Shown here one piece after another: positions 54,351 through 62,042 of a stretch of 62,042 nucleotides of DNA (the stretch's first letter is position 1; each line of letters begins with the position of its first letter). The position numbers and the translations under genes are program-made. Below the pieces are notes generated by a model. The model saw only the letters and a program-made list of their open reading frames with translations. It did no database searches and was not told where the DNA came from. This DNA comes from a virus (lineage: Duplodnaviria; Caudoviricetes): IMG/VR virus record IMGVR_UViG_3300042923_000331, positions 1-62,042 of that record; one strand, 5' to 3'.

Positions 54351-55913
54351 TTAGTAAACCTCCTTTTGCACTATTAGTTTACCTCTATTTAGCGCCACAG
54401 CGTAATCTCCAGCTGCTCTTCCACCGCTAGACATACCGTTATCTATTAAAAATCCGTCATAACCTCTTAATGCTGCATATCTTCCGATATCCTTTGCAAT
54501 TTGATTAAGTCCATTTGCTGTTGGTCTGTCTATCTTGCCAGCCTTATTAGCTGCTTTTACTTTGTTTTTAAAATCAAATGCTTCTTGGGTCAATGCTGAA
54601 TGCTTCCCAATCTTAGCGTCTGCAGCAAATGCTATCCTTAGTATTGAATTTTGAGCACCACTCGCGTATGACCTCGCAACTTGAAAGCCTTTATTTGTTG
54701 TAACTCCTTTTGCTCTTCCTGTCGTTCCGGCATTTGCAATATACGAACCGTTACCATAAACGCCTAATCCAGCATAATGTTTTGCGTCGGATATAAATTC
54801 CTGCGCTTTAACGCTGCCCGGCTTATTTTTACTGTAGCTGGTTGAATGTCCTCTAAAAAACGCTTGAGCTGAAGGATTCGCTTTTAAATAAGCTATCATT
54901 TCTGCTTGCGTCTTTAATTCGGGTTTAGCATTATAACCTCTTTTTTCGTATATATCCATTAAAGCTTGGTCGCCGCCCGATTTGGTGTTATGCCAGCCGT
55001 TTGTATTCATATTATTACTGCCGTCCGGAGCATTTCCGTATTTTGCTATGTTGCTTTTTCCTATTTCGGCTGCGTCCGGCATGTATTTGTCGATATTATT
55101 TACAAATTCATCGTCGCTCATACTTCGCCAATCTATTTTTTCGCCGGCATTTTCGGGTGTGCTATATTTTGGCTTTTGAGCGTCTTTGATTTTCTTGTCT
55201 GCCGCTGCATTTTCTTCGTCTATTACCTTGTTTCTTTCTGCTAGCAGCTCGGCTCTTGTTTTACGACCCATGTTTGCATGTGCGCCACCGATTTCGTCGT
55301 CGCCATCGGCTTGTCTGCGCTTATTTTCATTTGCAATACTTCTTTTAGCTTGATTGTCGTCTTTACCCGGCGAAAAACTAACATAACCGTTACGGTTTGA
55401 AAACTTCCCAGCTCTATCATGGTACGGATTGTATTTCTCTATTATTTCACTAAATGTTTTTGCTATTCTGTTGTCAGACTTTTTCATTTCTTCGTCTACC
55501 GGTATGCGCTGTCCGGTTCCCTCTACGCTGAACATTTGATAGTCGCCTTTTTTAATCTTTTCCCATGCGCTATTGTCATTTATTTTAAATCCGACCCACC
55601 AGCCCTGCGGCAAAGTGTTTTCTTCAAGTCCCATGGCAAGTTGTTTTTCTTTAGTAAAGACCACACTCTCAACTAATTTTCCTTTAAGTCTTTTGTCCGG
55701 GTCGTGTCGTTCTCCTGTGTCTCTGAATTTTAACACATATTCATATGCAGCTTGCTCTAAATCTTCCGGCTCCACCATGTCGTCTTGATAGTCTGCTATT
55801 TGTGTTCCGTCTTTTCTTATAGCCACATTAGCCCATCCGAACACAAGCTGCTGCTCTTCATTGGTCTTTGCTATTTTAAAGTTGTTGTCGTTCTTCATGT
55901 TACCTCCTCCCAC
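54351..55913 (-). CDS. XkdF-like prohead protease fused to a C-terminal ART-like domain
   Basis: LVFGWA, D...D....LE.AAY.Y, GWWVG.KI, W..IKKG...MFSVEG; C-terminal FFRG, G.YG.G.Y, A.SYA, GYDG. Confidence 0.8.
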   Translation of the reverse strand: MGGGNMKNDNNFKIAKTNEEQQLVFGWANVAIRKDGTQIADYQDDMVEPEDLEQAAYEYVLKFRDTGERHDPDKRLKGKLVESVVFTKEKQLAMGLEENTLPQGWWVGFKINDNSAWEKIKKGDYQMFSVEGTGQRIPVDEEMKKSDNRIAKTFSEIIEKYNPYHDRAGKFSNRNGYVSFSPGKDDNQAKRSIANENKRRQADGDDEIGGAHANMGRKTRAELLAERNKVIDEENAAADKKIKDAQKPKYSTPENAGEKIDWRSMSDDEFVNNIDKYMPDAAEIGKSNIAKYGNAPDGSNNMNTNGWHNTKSGGDQALMDIYEKRGYNAKPELKTQAEMIAYLKANPSAQAFFRGHSTSYSKNKPGSVKAQEFISDAKHYAGLGVYGNGSYIANAGTTGRAKGVTTNKGFQVARSYASGAQNSILRIAFAADAKIGKHSALTQEAFDFKNKVKAANKAGKIDRPTANGLNQIAKDIGRYAALRGYDGFLIDNGMSSGGRAAGDYAVALNRGKLIVQKEVY

Positions 55914-55939
55914 TAAAAAAAGAACCTTGCGGCTCTTTT
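55914..55939 (-). terminator. Terminator closing the moron
   Basis: aaaagaacc/ggctctttt stem with A-run. Confidence 0.55.
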
Positions 55940-55944
55940 AGTTT

Positions 55945-56148
55945 TTATTTATAATATCCGGTTGCTAAAAAATAGTTTTTTCTTTCTATAATTTTCATTT
56001 CCTGCTCGTATTCCTCTTTGGAAATTTCGTCTATGTCGTAATTTCCATCCAACTTTTTTATTACCTCTTCTTTTTCATCTTCTGTTACGTAATAAAAGTT
56101 AGCTCCTACAGGGTTATCAGCGTATTCCATGATTCTGTAATATTTCAT
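55945..56148 (-). CDS. Moron gene 3, hypothetical
   Basis: GGAGCGAGCGA RBS. Confidence 0.7.
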   Translation of the reverse strand: MKYYRIMEYADNPVGANFYYVTEDEKEEVIKKLDGNYDIDEISKEEYEQEMKIIERKNYFLATGYYK

Positions 56149-56173
56149 ATTCGCTCGCTCCTCTCTCTTTCGT

Positions 56174-56563
56174 TTATATATCTATTGAAATCCTAGTTGC
56201 TATCGTTACTGTGTTTCCTGCTTTGAAAACTTGTATCCAATTTGTGAAATACTCGCCTGTGCAATCGTAAGGGCTGCTAGCTCTTCTTTCGTTGATTTCC
56301 TCGTATCTTTCATCGATTATTTTATTTAAGTTTTCTTCTGTGTCGTCAAATCGTTCTATTCGCAAGTATCCGTCGTCGTCGTTTATAATGTTTATTCTCT
56401 GCTCCTGCGCTGTCGGCATGCTGTTTCTAAGCCTTATATCGTGCTTTATTAGCTTTATGTATTTATTTATAATTTCTTTTGTTTCTGCTGGTGCGTCCGG
56501 AAAATCTTTTAAAAATTTTTCGTCGTATTTTAACGCTCTGTATAAAGCTTTTAAACTGTCCAT
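56174..56563 (-). CDS. Moron gene 2, hypothetical
   Basis: SPYDCTG..FT motif. Confidence 0.7.
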   Translation of the reverse strand: MDSLKALYRALKYDEKFLKDFPDAPAETKEIINKYIKLIKHDIRLRNSMPTAQEQRINIINDDDGYLRIERFDDTEENLNKIIDERYEEINERRASSPYDCTGEYFTNWIQVFKAGNTVTIATRISIDI

Positions 56564-56877
56564 ATTTGTTCCCCTTTAAAAAGCTCTGCTAGCTTTATTA
56601 CAGTTTCAAATTCGTCTGATTCAAAACTCATGCTGTCACCTAGTCTTATACAGGCTAATTCGTATCCTGCACCGCCTTTTGGTGGGTGGTTATCATATAT
56701 GTCTTGTATCCACCTGTATTTTGCTATTTCTACTGTTCCATCGTCATGTCTTGAAAGTGTTATTGCTGTATGCTCTATATTTCCACATTCTAGCGTTACG
56801 CACTTTCCGTCTAGTTTAGTTATACCCGGTGTATGTTTTATAATCATGTCGTAAAATTGTTTGCTTAAATTCTTCAT
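56551..56877 (-). CDS. Moron gene 1, hypothetical
   Basis: GGAGCGAGCGA RBS; first gene after the promoter. Confidence 0.7.
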   Translation of the reverse strand: MKNLSKQFYDMIIKHTPGITKLDGKCVTLECGNIEHTAITLSRHDDGTVEIAKYRWIQDIYDNHPPKGGAGYELACIRLGDSMSFESDEFETVIKLAELFKGEQIWTV

Positions 56878-56930
56878 ATTCGCTCGCTCCTTTGCTCTCT
56901 CGTTTTATTTGTATTTCTTACTACAAGAAC

Positions 56931-56959
56931 AGCATACTCCAAAACGGAGAATAAGTCAA
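56931..56959 (-). promoter_or_regulatory. Sigma-A promoter with spacer operator (moron)
   Basis: TTGACT-tattcTCCGtttTGGAg-TATGCT. Confidence 0.75.
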
Positions 56960-57279
56960 GCGATTTTAAAATGTTTTACTGTATTTTCTTTGAAATATCT
57001 GTACGGCGGTCTTTCCTGCATCGCTTCTAAAAATTCGTGATAGCGTAAATTTTTTAGAACCGGTTCAATTACCCATATTTCGTCTACGTCTAAGCCTGCG
57101 TATCGTGATAAAGGAACGTCGTAACTTAATGGTATCAAAGTATATATTGCGTTTTCTGATGTTCCTTTTAGTCGGCTCATTTCGACTTTTACTTTTCCTT
57201 TGCTATTTCTCATAAAGAAATAACATATTATTTCCGAATTGTCTGCTATTACTATAATATTTTTCTTGCTCTGTTTCAT
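56956..57279 (-). CDS. Hypothetical protein after MuF
   Basis: ORF with RBS. Confidence 0.6.
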   Translation of the reverse strand: MKQSKKNIIVIADNSEIICYFFMRNSKGKVKVEMSRLKGTSENAIYTLIPLSYDVPLSRYAGLDVDEIWVIEPVLKNLRYHEFLEAMQERPPYRYFKENTVKHFKIA

Positions 57280-57291
57280 TGTTTCCCCCTT

Positions 57292-58218
57292 TTAAAAACT
57301 TGGTGCTTCCGCTTCTCTATATATAACTACATCTCTACAATGCGGATGAAAAGGCGGCGCTTCTACTTCTTTTCCGGTAGGTAATATAAACATATCGTCT
57401 ATCGGTATGTATTGCAAGTTCATAGCTCTGCAAATCCAGCACACTCTATCGTCGCCAGCTGTTAAGGAGGCTTTTTCAGTTCTTCCCATTTTGCGCTCGC
57501 TTATAGCTTGTTTCACAGCTCCCAGCTCTCCATGGTTATATGCAAATGCTAGCTCTGTTCTTGCAATCATATTAGCTCTGTAACGGTTTTGTCTAGCTGC
57601 GTATTTTAAAGCAGCTTCCTGTGCTTGTTTAAGTGCGCTCTCTCGTGTGATTCTCGGGTGCGCTTCTATTAAACCGTTTCTTACTGCATTTAAATACCTA
57701 TAATTAGCCATTGCCTGCTGCTGGTATAAACCGACCATTGGTCTTATTATTTGTGCCAGCTGGTCTACGGAGTAAACTTCTACATTTGCTGCGTATTGAA
57801 TCACACCATTTATCGCGTCTCTTTGGTTGTCTGTTAAATCTCTTATTAGCTCTGCCGAGCGTGTTGCTGTCCAGCGTCTTGTATTTTCTCCGTGTGGGTC
57901 ATACAAATATTCGGGATATTTATCCTCAAGCTGTTTAGCTGCTTCGTTAATAGCTTGTAACCACATCGGTTTTATATTTACATTAACCATTCGCGTGTAA
58001 TCTTGGCGCCACTCTTCTATGGTTGCTTCACTAAGTCCACCGTTTAATATTGCTTGTCTTAGTTCCCTATAAGTTATGGCGTCTTGCTGGTTATTCCAAG
58101 TATGATAAAGAAAAGTTGCTAATCTTGGCTCCTGCCTGTTTAAAAATATTCGAAGTCTACGCATAGCGGCATTGTAGTTCGGCGGCGTCTTTTTAATTTC
58201 GTCTTGAAATAAAATCAT
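57292..58218 (-). CDS. MuF / SPP1 gp7-like minor head protein (short form)
   Basis: RANMIARTE..AYN.G, D.RVC.IC, PPFHPHCR. Confidence 0.9.
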   Translation of the reverse strand: MILFQDEIKKTPPNYNAAMRRLRIFLNRQEPRLATFLYHTWNNQQDAITYRELRQAILNGGLSEATIEEWRQDYTRMVNVNIKPMWLQAINEAAKQLEDKYPEYLYDPHGENTRRWTATRSAELIRDLTDNQRDAINGVIQYAANVEVYSVDQLAQIIRPMVGLYQQQAMANYRYLNAVRNGLIEAHPRITRESALKQAQEAALKYAARQNRYRANMIARTELAFAYNHGELGAVKQAISERKMGRTEKASLTAGDDRVCWICRAMNLQYIPIDDMFILPTGKEVEAPPFHPHCRDVVIYREAEAPSF

Positions 58219-58224
58219 GTTTTT

Positions 58225-59667
58225 CTACCTCCGCCCTAACTTTTCTTTTGCCACCTTTGCCTTTTTTTCGTCGTCCTCTTCTTGTTGTTGTATGTTTGCT
58301 TTACCATTTGGCTTTCGTGCGTCCTTAGTGCCTTTTAAGTCGTCAGCGTTTATTTCCGGGTCGTTAGGTAACTCCGCGCCCTCTACTTTGTCCGGCAAGT
58401 CTCCTAATCGTCTAACAAACTGTTCTAAGTTCTCATCCGGTTGTAATATTCCTAGTCCGGTCATTTTTTCGATATATGCTGCCATTTCTGTTATGTTTGT
58501 TTTTTCAACGTCGCCGTGTACCATTTTCGGGTAATCTGTTATTCCTTTGAATGCCGCTTCGTTTAAATCTATCAGCTGCGGAATAGCTTGATTATTAAAA
58601 GCTTCGCAAATTATATCTAAATAGGTTCCAAGAGCTACGCTGAAAAGGTGCGTTTTATCGTTAGAAAGTGCAAAACTGCCGGTTGTTTGGTGCCCTAGTA
58701 ATATAAAATCTGCTAATACTGTCATTGCCATTCTCTTGTCGTATCTGTCTATTACTGAACCAACCTCAAATTGCCTTTTACTGCCGCTTGACAAAAGTGA
58801 AAATTCCCAGCCGGGCGGTATAACTATTCCCTCTTTTGCGTCTCGTCTTACATTTTGCACTAATGTTTCTGCTGCGCGCAATGTTTCTACCATTTCCGGG
58901 TCGTCCGGGTTCCAAATATCCACACCGTCCGGCGCTTTTAGCAATGGAAGTCCAGCTAAGTCTCTTTCAATTCCCACACCCTCTATTTCTTGCAGCCTGC
59001 GCTTAAAATAATATGAGCGGTATGCGTTTCTTAATATTGAGCGACCCTCCGGGTTCATTTTTGTACTCTCTGTTACAAAATGCAAACACTTGTTTATCGG
59101 GATTGTTCTTACTGCATAATCGGGCGGCGCCATTTGTGAAAATCCCATAAGATTTTCTTCTTCGTCGTATTCCCATTTATATAGCGTGTCTTGTGCTCTT
59201 GTCGGTAAGTACTTCCATGCAATTAAACCGTCGTTAAATTTACTTTTTAAAGTCTTATTCTTTTGATTTCCCATACGGCGTTTATAAACTATTTCATTTA
59301 CGCTCCATCCATATGGCAGGAATGTTAGTATTTCCGACAAAGTGTCTTGCCATGTTTGGGTCATGTCGTCCATACATTCTTTTACAAATTCGGCTGCTTT
59401 TTTATCCTTTTCAGTATCTCCTTGCGGCTCTACGTCAAAAGTCGCCTGTCTAATCATCATTTTTATAGCAAATAATATAGCACCGATTATATCGTCATTA
59501 GCTGCCATTTCTTTAAATGCTTCAATTCCTTTTACTCCTCTTAGCTCGGGGAGAAATTCTTCATAGAAAACGCCGGCAAATTGTTTTCTACCTATACGCC
59601 CATATTCTTCAGTATTCTTATAGTTTCTTATTATCTCCAATTCGGGTGTATTGTATCCGTTTGACAT
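58225..59667 (-). CDS. Portal protein (DUF935/Mu gp29-like)
   Basis: YGWS..EIVY, NPEGRSILR, ERDLAGLP, GSFALS. Confidence 0.9.
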   Translation of the reverse strand: MSNGYNTPELEIIRNYKNTEEYGRIGRKQFAGVFYEEFLPELRGVKGIEAFKEMAANDDIIGAILFAIKMMIRQATFDVEPQGDTEKDKKAAEFVKECMDDMTQTWQDTLSEILTFLPYGWSVNEIVYKRRMGNQKNKTLKSKFNDGLIAWKYLPTRAQDTLYKWEYDEEENLMGFSQMAPPDYAVRTIPINKCLHFVTESTKMNPEGRSILRNAYRSYYFKRRLQEIEGVGIERDLAGLPLLKAPDGVDIWNPDDPEMVETLRAAETLVQNVRRDAKEGIVIPPGWEFSLLSSGSKRQFEVGSVIDRYDKRMAMTVLADFILLGHQTTGSFALSNDKTHLFSVALGTYLDIICEAFNNQAIPQLIDLNEAAFKGITDYPKMVHGDVEKTNITEMAAYIEKMTGLGILQPDENLEQFVRRLGDLPDKVEGAELPNDPEINADDLKGTKDARKPNGKANIQQQEEDDEKKAKVAKEKLGRR

Positions 59668-59683
59668 TTATAAACCTCCTCTC

Positions 59684-61147
59684 TTAACTTCTTAACCATG
59701 GTGAAGTTCTGTTCGCTTCTGCTACTCCTGCAGTAAATCTGCTTGGCTCCGGTTTGCTTTCTAGCTCATTAAATGCTGTTCCGCTTGCGTCCACCATATC
59801 TTTAAATTTACTCTGTGGAAAGCTTTCAAGCTGTGCAAAGTATTCCTCATTCCATGGTGCAATTAAAACGTCTATATTTCCTGTTTCGGCTCCTTTAATT
59901 CCTAGCCATTGAGCTGATAAAGGTTCCGCTCTTGTTTCTTTGCTTCCCGATTCTCTTTCAATCGCTATACTGAAACCTTTTAAATATTTCAAATATTGCT
60001 CTGCTTGGTCTTTTCCGGCTTGACCCGGGTCTTGATTAAGTCTTATTCTTACGTTTTTATATTTTATCTTGTCAACTATAGCTGTATTTTTAATCGTTGC
60101 TCTTACGTCAGCTGCGTTAAGTCTTTTGTTAACCACATCAGCTATTATCCAACGTCCACACTTTCTTTTACCCATTAACACACCAGCTGTATATGCTGCG
60201 CCGTCCTCCGGATTCTGTCCTTTTTTATCTTCTGTCGCTGCCATGTCCCAAGCTCTGACCCAGCGTATAACGTCGTTTGGTATTTCCTCAACTAAATTTA
60301 CTGTGCTGCGCTTAAAATACAGCCCTGCTGCCGGTCTGATTTTCCAATTGCCCTCTAATAGTCTTTCTCTTTCTACTGTCGCTAGCGCCTTTAAATTAGC
60401 CATATAGCCCGGGTCGTTCTTCATTAGTATCTTATTATCAGTAAGTTTTGACGGAATGAATGTAACCGATTTTGGCTCTTGCTTTTGCTCGTCTGTTACA
60501 AGGTTAAACTTTCCCCATAACTCTTCTTTAGTGTCAGCCCAATATAATACGTCGTTTACTCTTAAGAACCAGCGTATTTTCCCGGCTCTTTCCGGAATCG
60601 GGTAACCGGTCTTTTGGTCTATCCACCATTCGATGAACTCTGCGACCCAGCTGTCTGCGTCCGGGTTCGTTGTTGCTCTTATGTAACCTCTAACGCCGGA
60701 ATCTGAACGATTCCTAGAAAGCATATAAAAAAATTGCGATTTCGTAAAGTGTGTTAATTCGTCAAACATTATTAATGGTATCTGTGTTCCTTGCCATTTC
60801 ATAACGTCTGTTTCGTATTCCATATGTGCAAATGTGATTTTCATTCCGCTTGGAAATCTCCACATCGGTGCTGGTGTTTTAACCGGCTTTCCGCTTACAT
60901 ATGGATATATCTTCATTGAGGTATCCCAAAGACCGCCCTCTGCTGTTATTTGGTTGCTGTTTTTTCTAAAACAAACAGCTCCAAAGTTTTTATTATAAAC
61001 GTGTCTTAATGGCTCCAAAAGCAAACCGTAACTTTTACCGCCGCCGGCTGCTCCGCCATATATACAAATGTCAGCTGTTGTTGTTAAGAACAGCTCTTGA
61101 GTTCCCGGCTGTGGTTTTATTATTACTGTTTCTACTCCTGCAGGCAT
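59684..61147 (-). CDS. terL: Terminase large subunit
   Basis: YGGAAGGGKS Walker A, FDELTHF Walker B, TTNP, WDMA, QDPGQAGK, DMVDA nuclease motifs. Confidence 0.95.
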   Translation of the reverse strand: MPAGVETVIIKPQPGTQELFLTTTADICIYGGAAGGGKSYGLLLEPLRHVYNKNFGAVCFRKNSNQITAEGGLWDTSMKIYPYVSGKPVKTPAPMWRFPSGMKITFAHMEYETDVMKWQGTQIPLIMFDELTHFTKSQFFYMLSRNRSDSGVRGYIRATTNPDADSWVAEFIEWWIDQKTGYPIPERAGKIRWFLRVNDVLYWADTKEELWGKFNLVTDEQKQEPKSVTFIPSKLTDNKILMKNDPGYMANLKALATVERERLLEGNWKIRPAAGLYFKRSTVNLVEEIPNDVIRWVRAWDMAATEDKKGQNPEDGAAYTAGVLMGKRKCGRWIIADVVNKRLNAADVRATIKNTAIVDKIKYKNVRIRLNQDPGQAGKDQAEQYLKYLKGFSIAIERESGSKETRAEPLSAQWLGIKGAETGNIDVLIAPWNEEYFAQLESFPQSKFKDMVDASGTAFNELESKPEPSRFTAGVAEANRTSPWLRS

Positions 61148-61165
61148 TTAATCACCTCTTCTTTA

Positions 61166-61238
61166 TGGTCGGAAATGCCGGAATTGAACCGGCTCTTGCT
61201 GCTTCGTGTCAGCTGTACTGCCGTTATACTATATTCCT
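61166..61238 (-). pseudogene. Degenerate tRNA / tRNA-like element ending in CCA
   Basis: Perfect T-arm GCCGG-TTCAATT-CCGGC, D-arm GTAT-AACGGCA-GTAC and ACCA end; acceptor stem mismatched and anticodon arm is 4 bp + 8 nt. Confidence 0.6.
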
Positions 61239-61333
61239 ATAATAAAGGCTTCCGTTATAGCCGGAAAGCCTTTGGCAAAGACCCGAATTGTTACGCTTCA
61301 ATGAGTGGCTTATCGGGGACTATTCTAAATTTT

Positions 61334-61364
61334 AAAAAGCTCCATTTGTATTTTGGAGCTTTTT
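61334..61364. terminator. Bidirectional terminator-like hairpin
   Basis: aaaaagctcca/tggagcttttt. Confidence 0.65.
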
Positions 61365-61684
61365 ACATTGTTTACCGGCTCTAGTTAACGTCCGGTGGAG
61401 TGCTTTACTTTTTGTTTAGGCGGAAGCCCTTGAAACCGCCGCTCTTGGCGCTCTTAGCACCTGCGAGCTTCATATAAAACGATCATTTTTGTTTTGAACC
61501 TCTAACCGCCTGCTCGGTTCTGATTTGCTTTAAACAAACAGCTTTCTTGCACACGCAGGGGGACGCGTATACAAAACGGCACTTTTTATTTATTCCGGCT
61601 GCTCTGCCGGTTTATCTTCTTTCCAGCTTTCCGCTTCTTTTACAGCTGCTTGAAGTAGCTTTTTTAATTCTTCTACGTTGTCTT

Positions 61685-61915
61685 TCATTCGGTTATTTCT
61701 CCTAACCCTACAATCTCCCAATCTTCACTTAAAATATCGGTCTGCGAAGCCAGCCATGGCACAAGTCCGTTGTCTGCCGTTTTCATTGCTATATACGGCA
61801 GCAGCGTTCCGTCTATGTCTATTAATTCTGCTACATGATATTGATTGTTGTTGTATGGCTCGATATATCTTAGCCACATATTTTTACCGTTCCAGCCTTT
61901 TCTTGCTACTTTATG
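61685..61915 (-). CDS. 3' part of the DUF2829/Tad2-family anti-defence sponge protein
   Basis: KVARKGWNGKNMWL...PY...T.....PWLASQTDILSEDW. Confidence 0.85.
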   Translation of the reverse strand, partial: HKVARKGWNGKNMWLRYIEPYNNNQYHVAELIDIDGTLLPYIAMKTADNGLVPWLASQTDILSEDWEIVGLGEITE

Positions 61916-62042
61916 CCCTTTTTTAAGTGCTTCTATCGCAAGTCCAAACGTCATTTTGTCTGTTTGTCTGTACGCCTTTTCGAATGCTGCTTTAGGCGAC
62001 CAACTCTCATAACCGTCCTCGTATTTTACTTTATATCCGGGA
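61916..62042. repeat. Terminal direct repeat, copy 2 (circular assembly overlap)
   Basis: Identical to 1-127. Confidence 0.95.

Noticed and set aside
19968-56959. Repeated TCCA..TGGA..GTCAA motif as CRISPR repeats or a mini-array
   Set aside because: The copies are dispersed singly and coincide with -35/-10 promoter boxes; there is no repeat-spacer periodicity and no cas gene
57292-58218. MuF-fused polymorphic toxin
   Set aside because: The protein ends a few residues after HPHCR, with no C-terminal extension
61166-61238. Functional tRNA gene
   Set aside because: Three acceptor-stem mismatches and a 4-bp/8-nt anticodon arm; no anticodon can be assigned
49-61926. All plus-strand ORFs in the ORF track (e.g. 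1424-2035, 31695-32303, 42514-43323, 43342-44064)
   Set aside because: They are shadows of well-supported minus-strand genes, with no RBS or recognisable motifs
1-62042. Alternative genetic code / stop-codon reassignment
   Set aside because: Core genes are full length in code 11, and TAA, TAG and TGA all act as stops

Overview
The window is a complete, circularly assembled ~61.9 kb genome of a temperate contractile-tailed phage (PBSX/Xkd-like tail). The host is probably a spore-forming Clostridia/Bacillota, judging from SpoIIID, AbrB and an SLH domain. Bases 1-127 are identical to 61916-62042, which is an assembly overlap. Essentially every gene is on the minus strand. I see no integrase, but there is a ParM/ParR-type partition cassette, so this is most likely a phage-plasmid. 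Modules in transcription order: terminase-portal-MuF-head; tail; lysis (subtilase-SLH, holin, M23); partition plus an FtsK/HerA-like ATPase module; early accessory genes (amidoligase, GGCT, macrodomain); XRE, SLT, AbrB; recombination and replication; late activator; methylases; terS. Highlights: (1) a head-module cassette in which the XkdF-type prohead protease and the next gene carry different toxin-like enzymes (ART-like and alarmone synthetase) behind a shared K-YNP(Y/F)HDxxG(K/R)F motif, followed by separately promoted immunity and HD hydrolase genes; (2) a lone plus-strand ~64-nt two-hairpin sRNA whose loops are complementary to an unusual GGAGCGA ribosome-binding site used by about 10 non-structural genes; (3) a family of sigma-A promoters with a palindromic operator in the spacer; (4) a second ParR-like gene heading a membrane/ATPase operon. 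All functional calls come from motif recognition by eye; no database searches were run.
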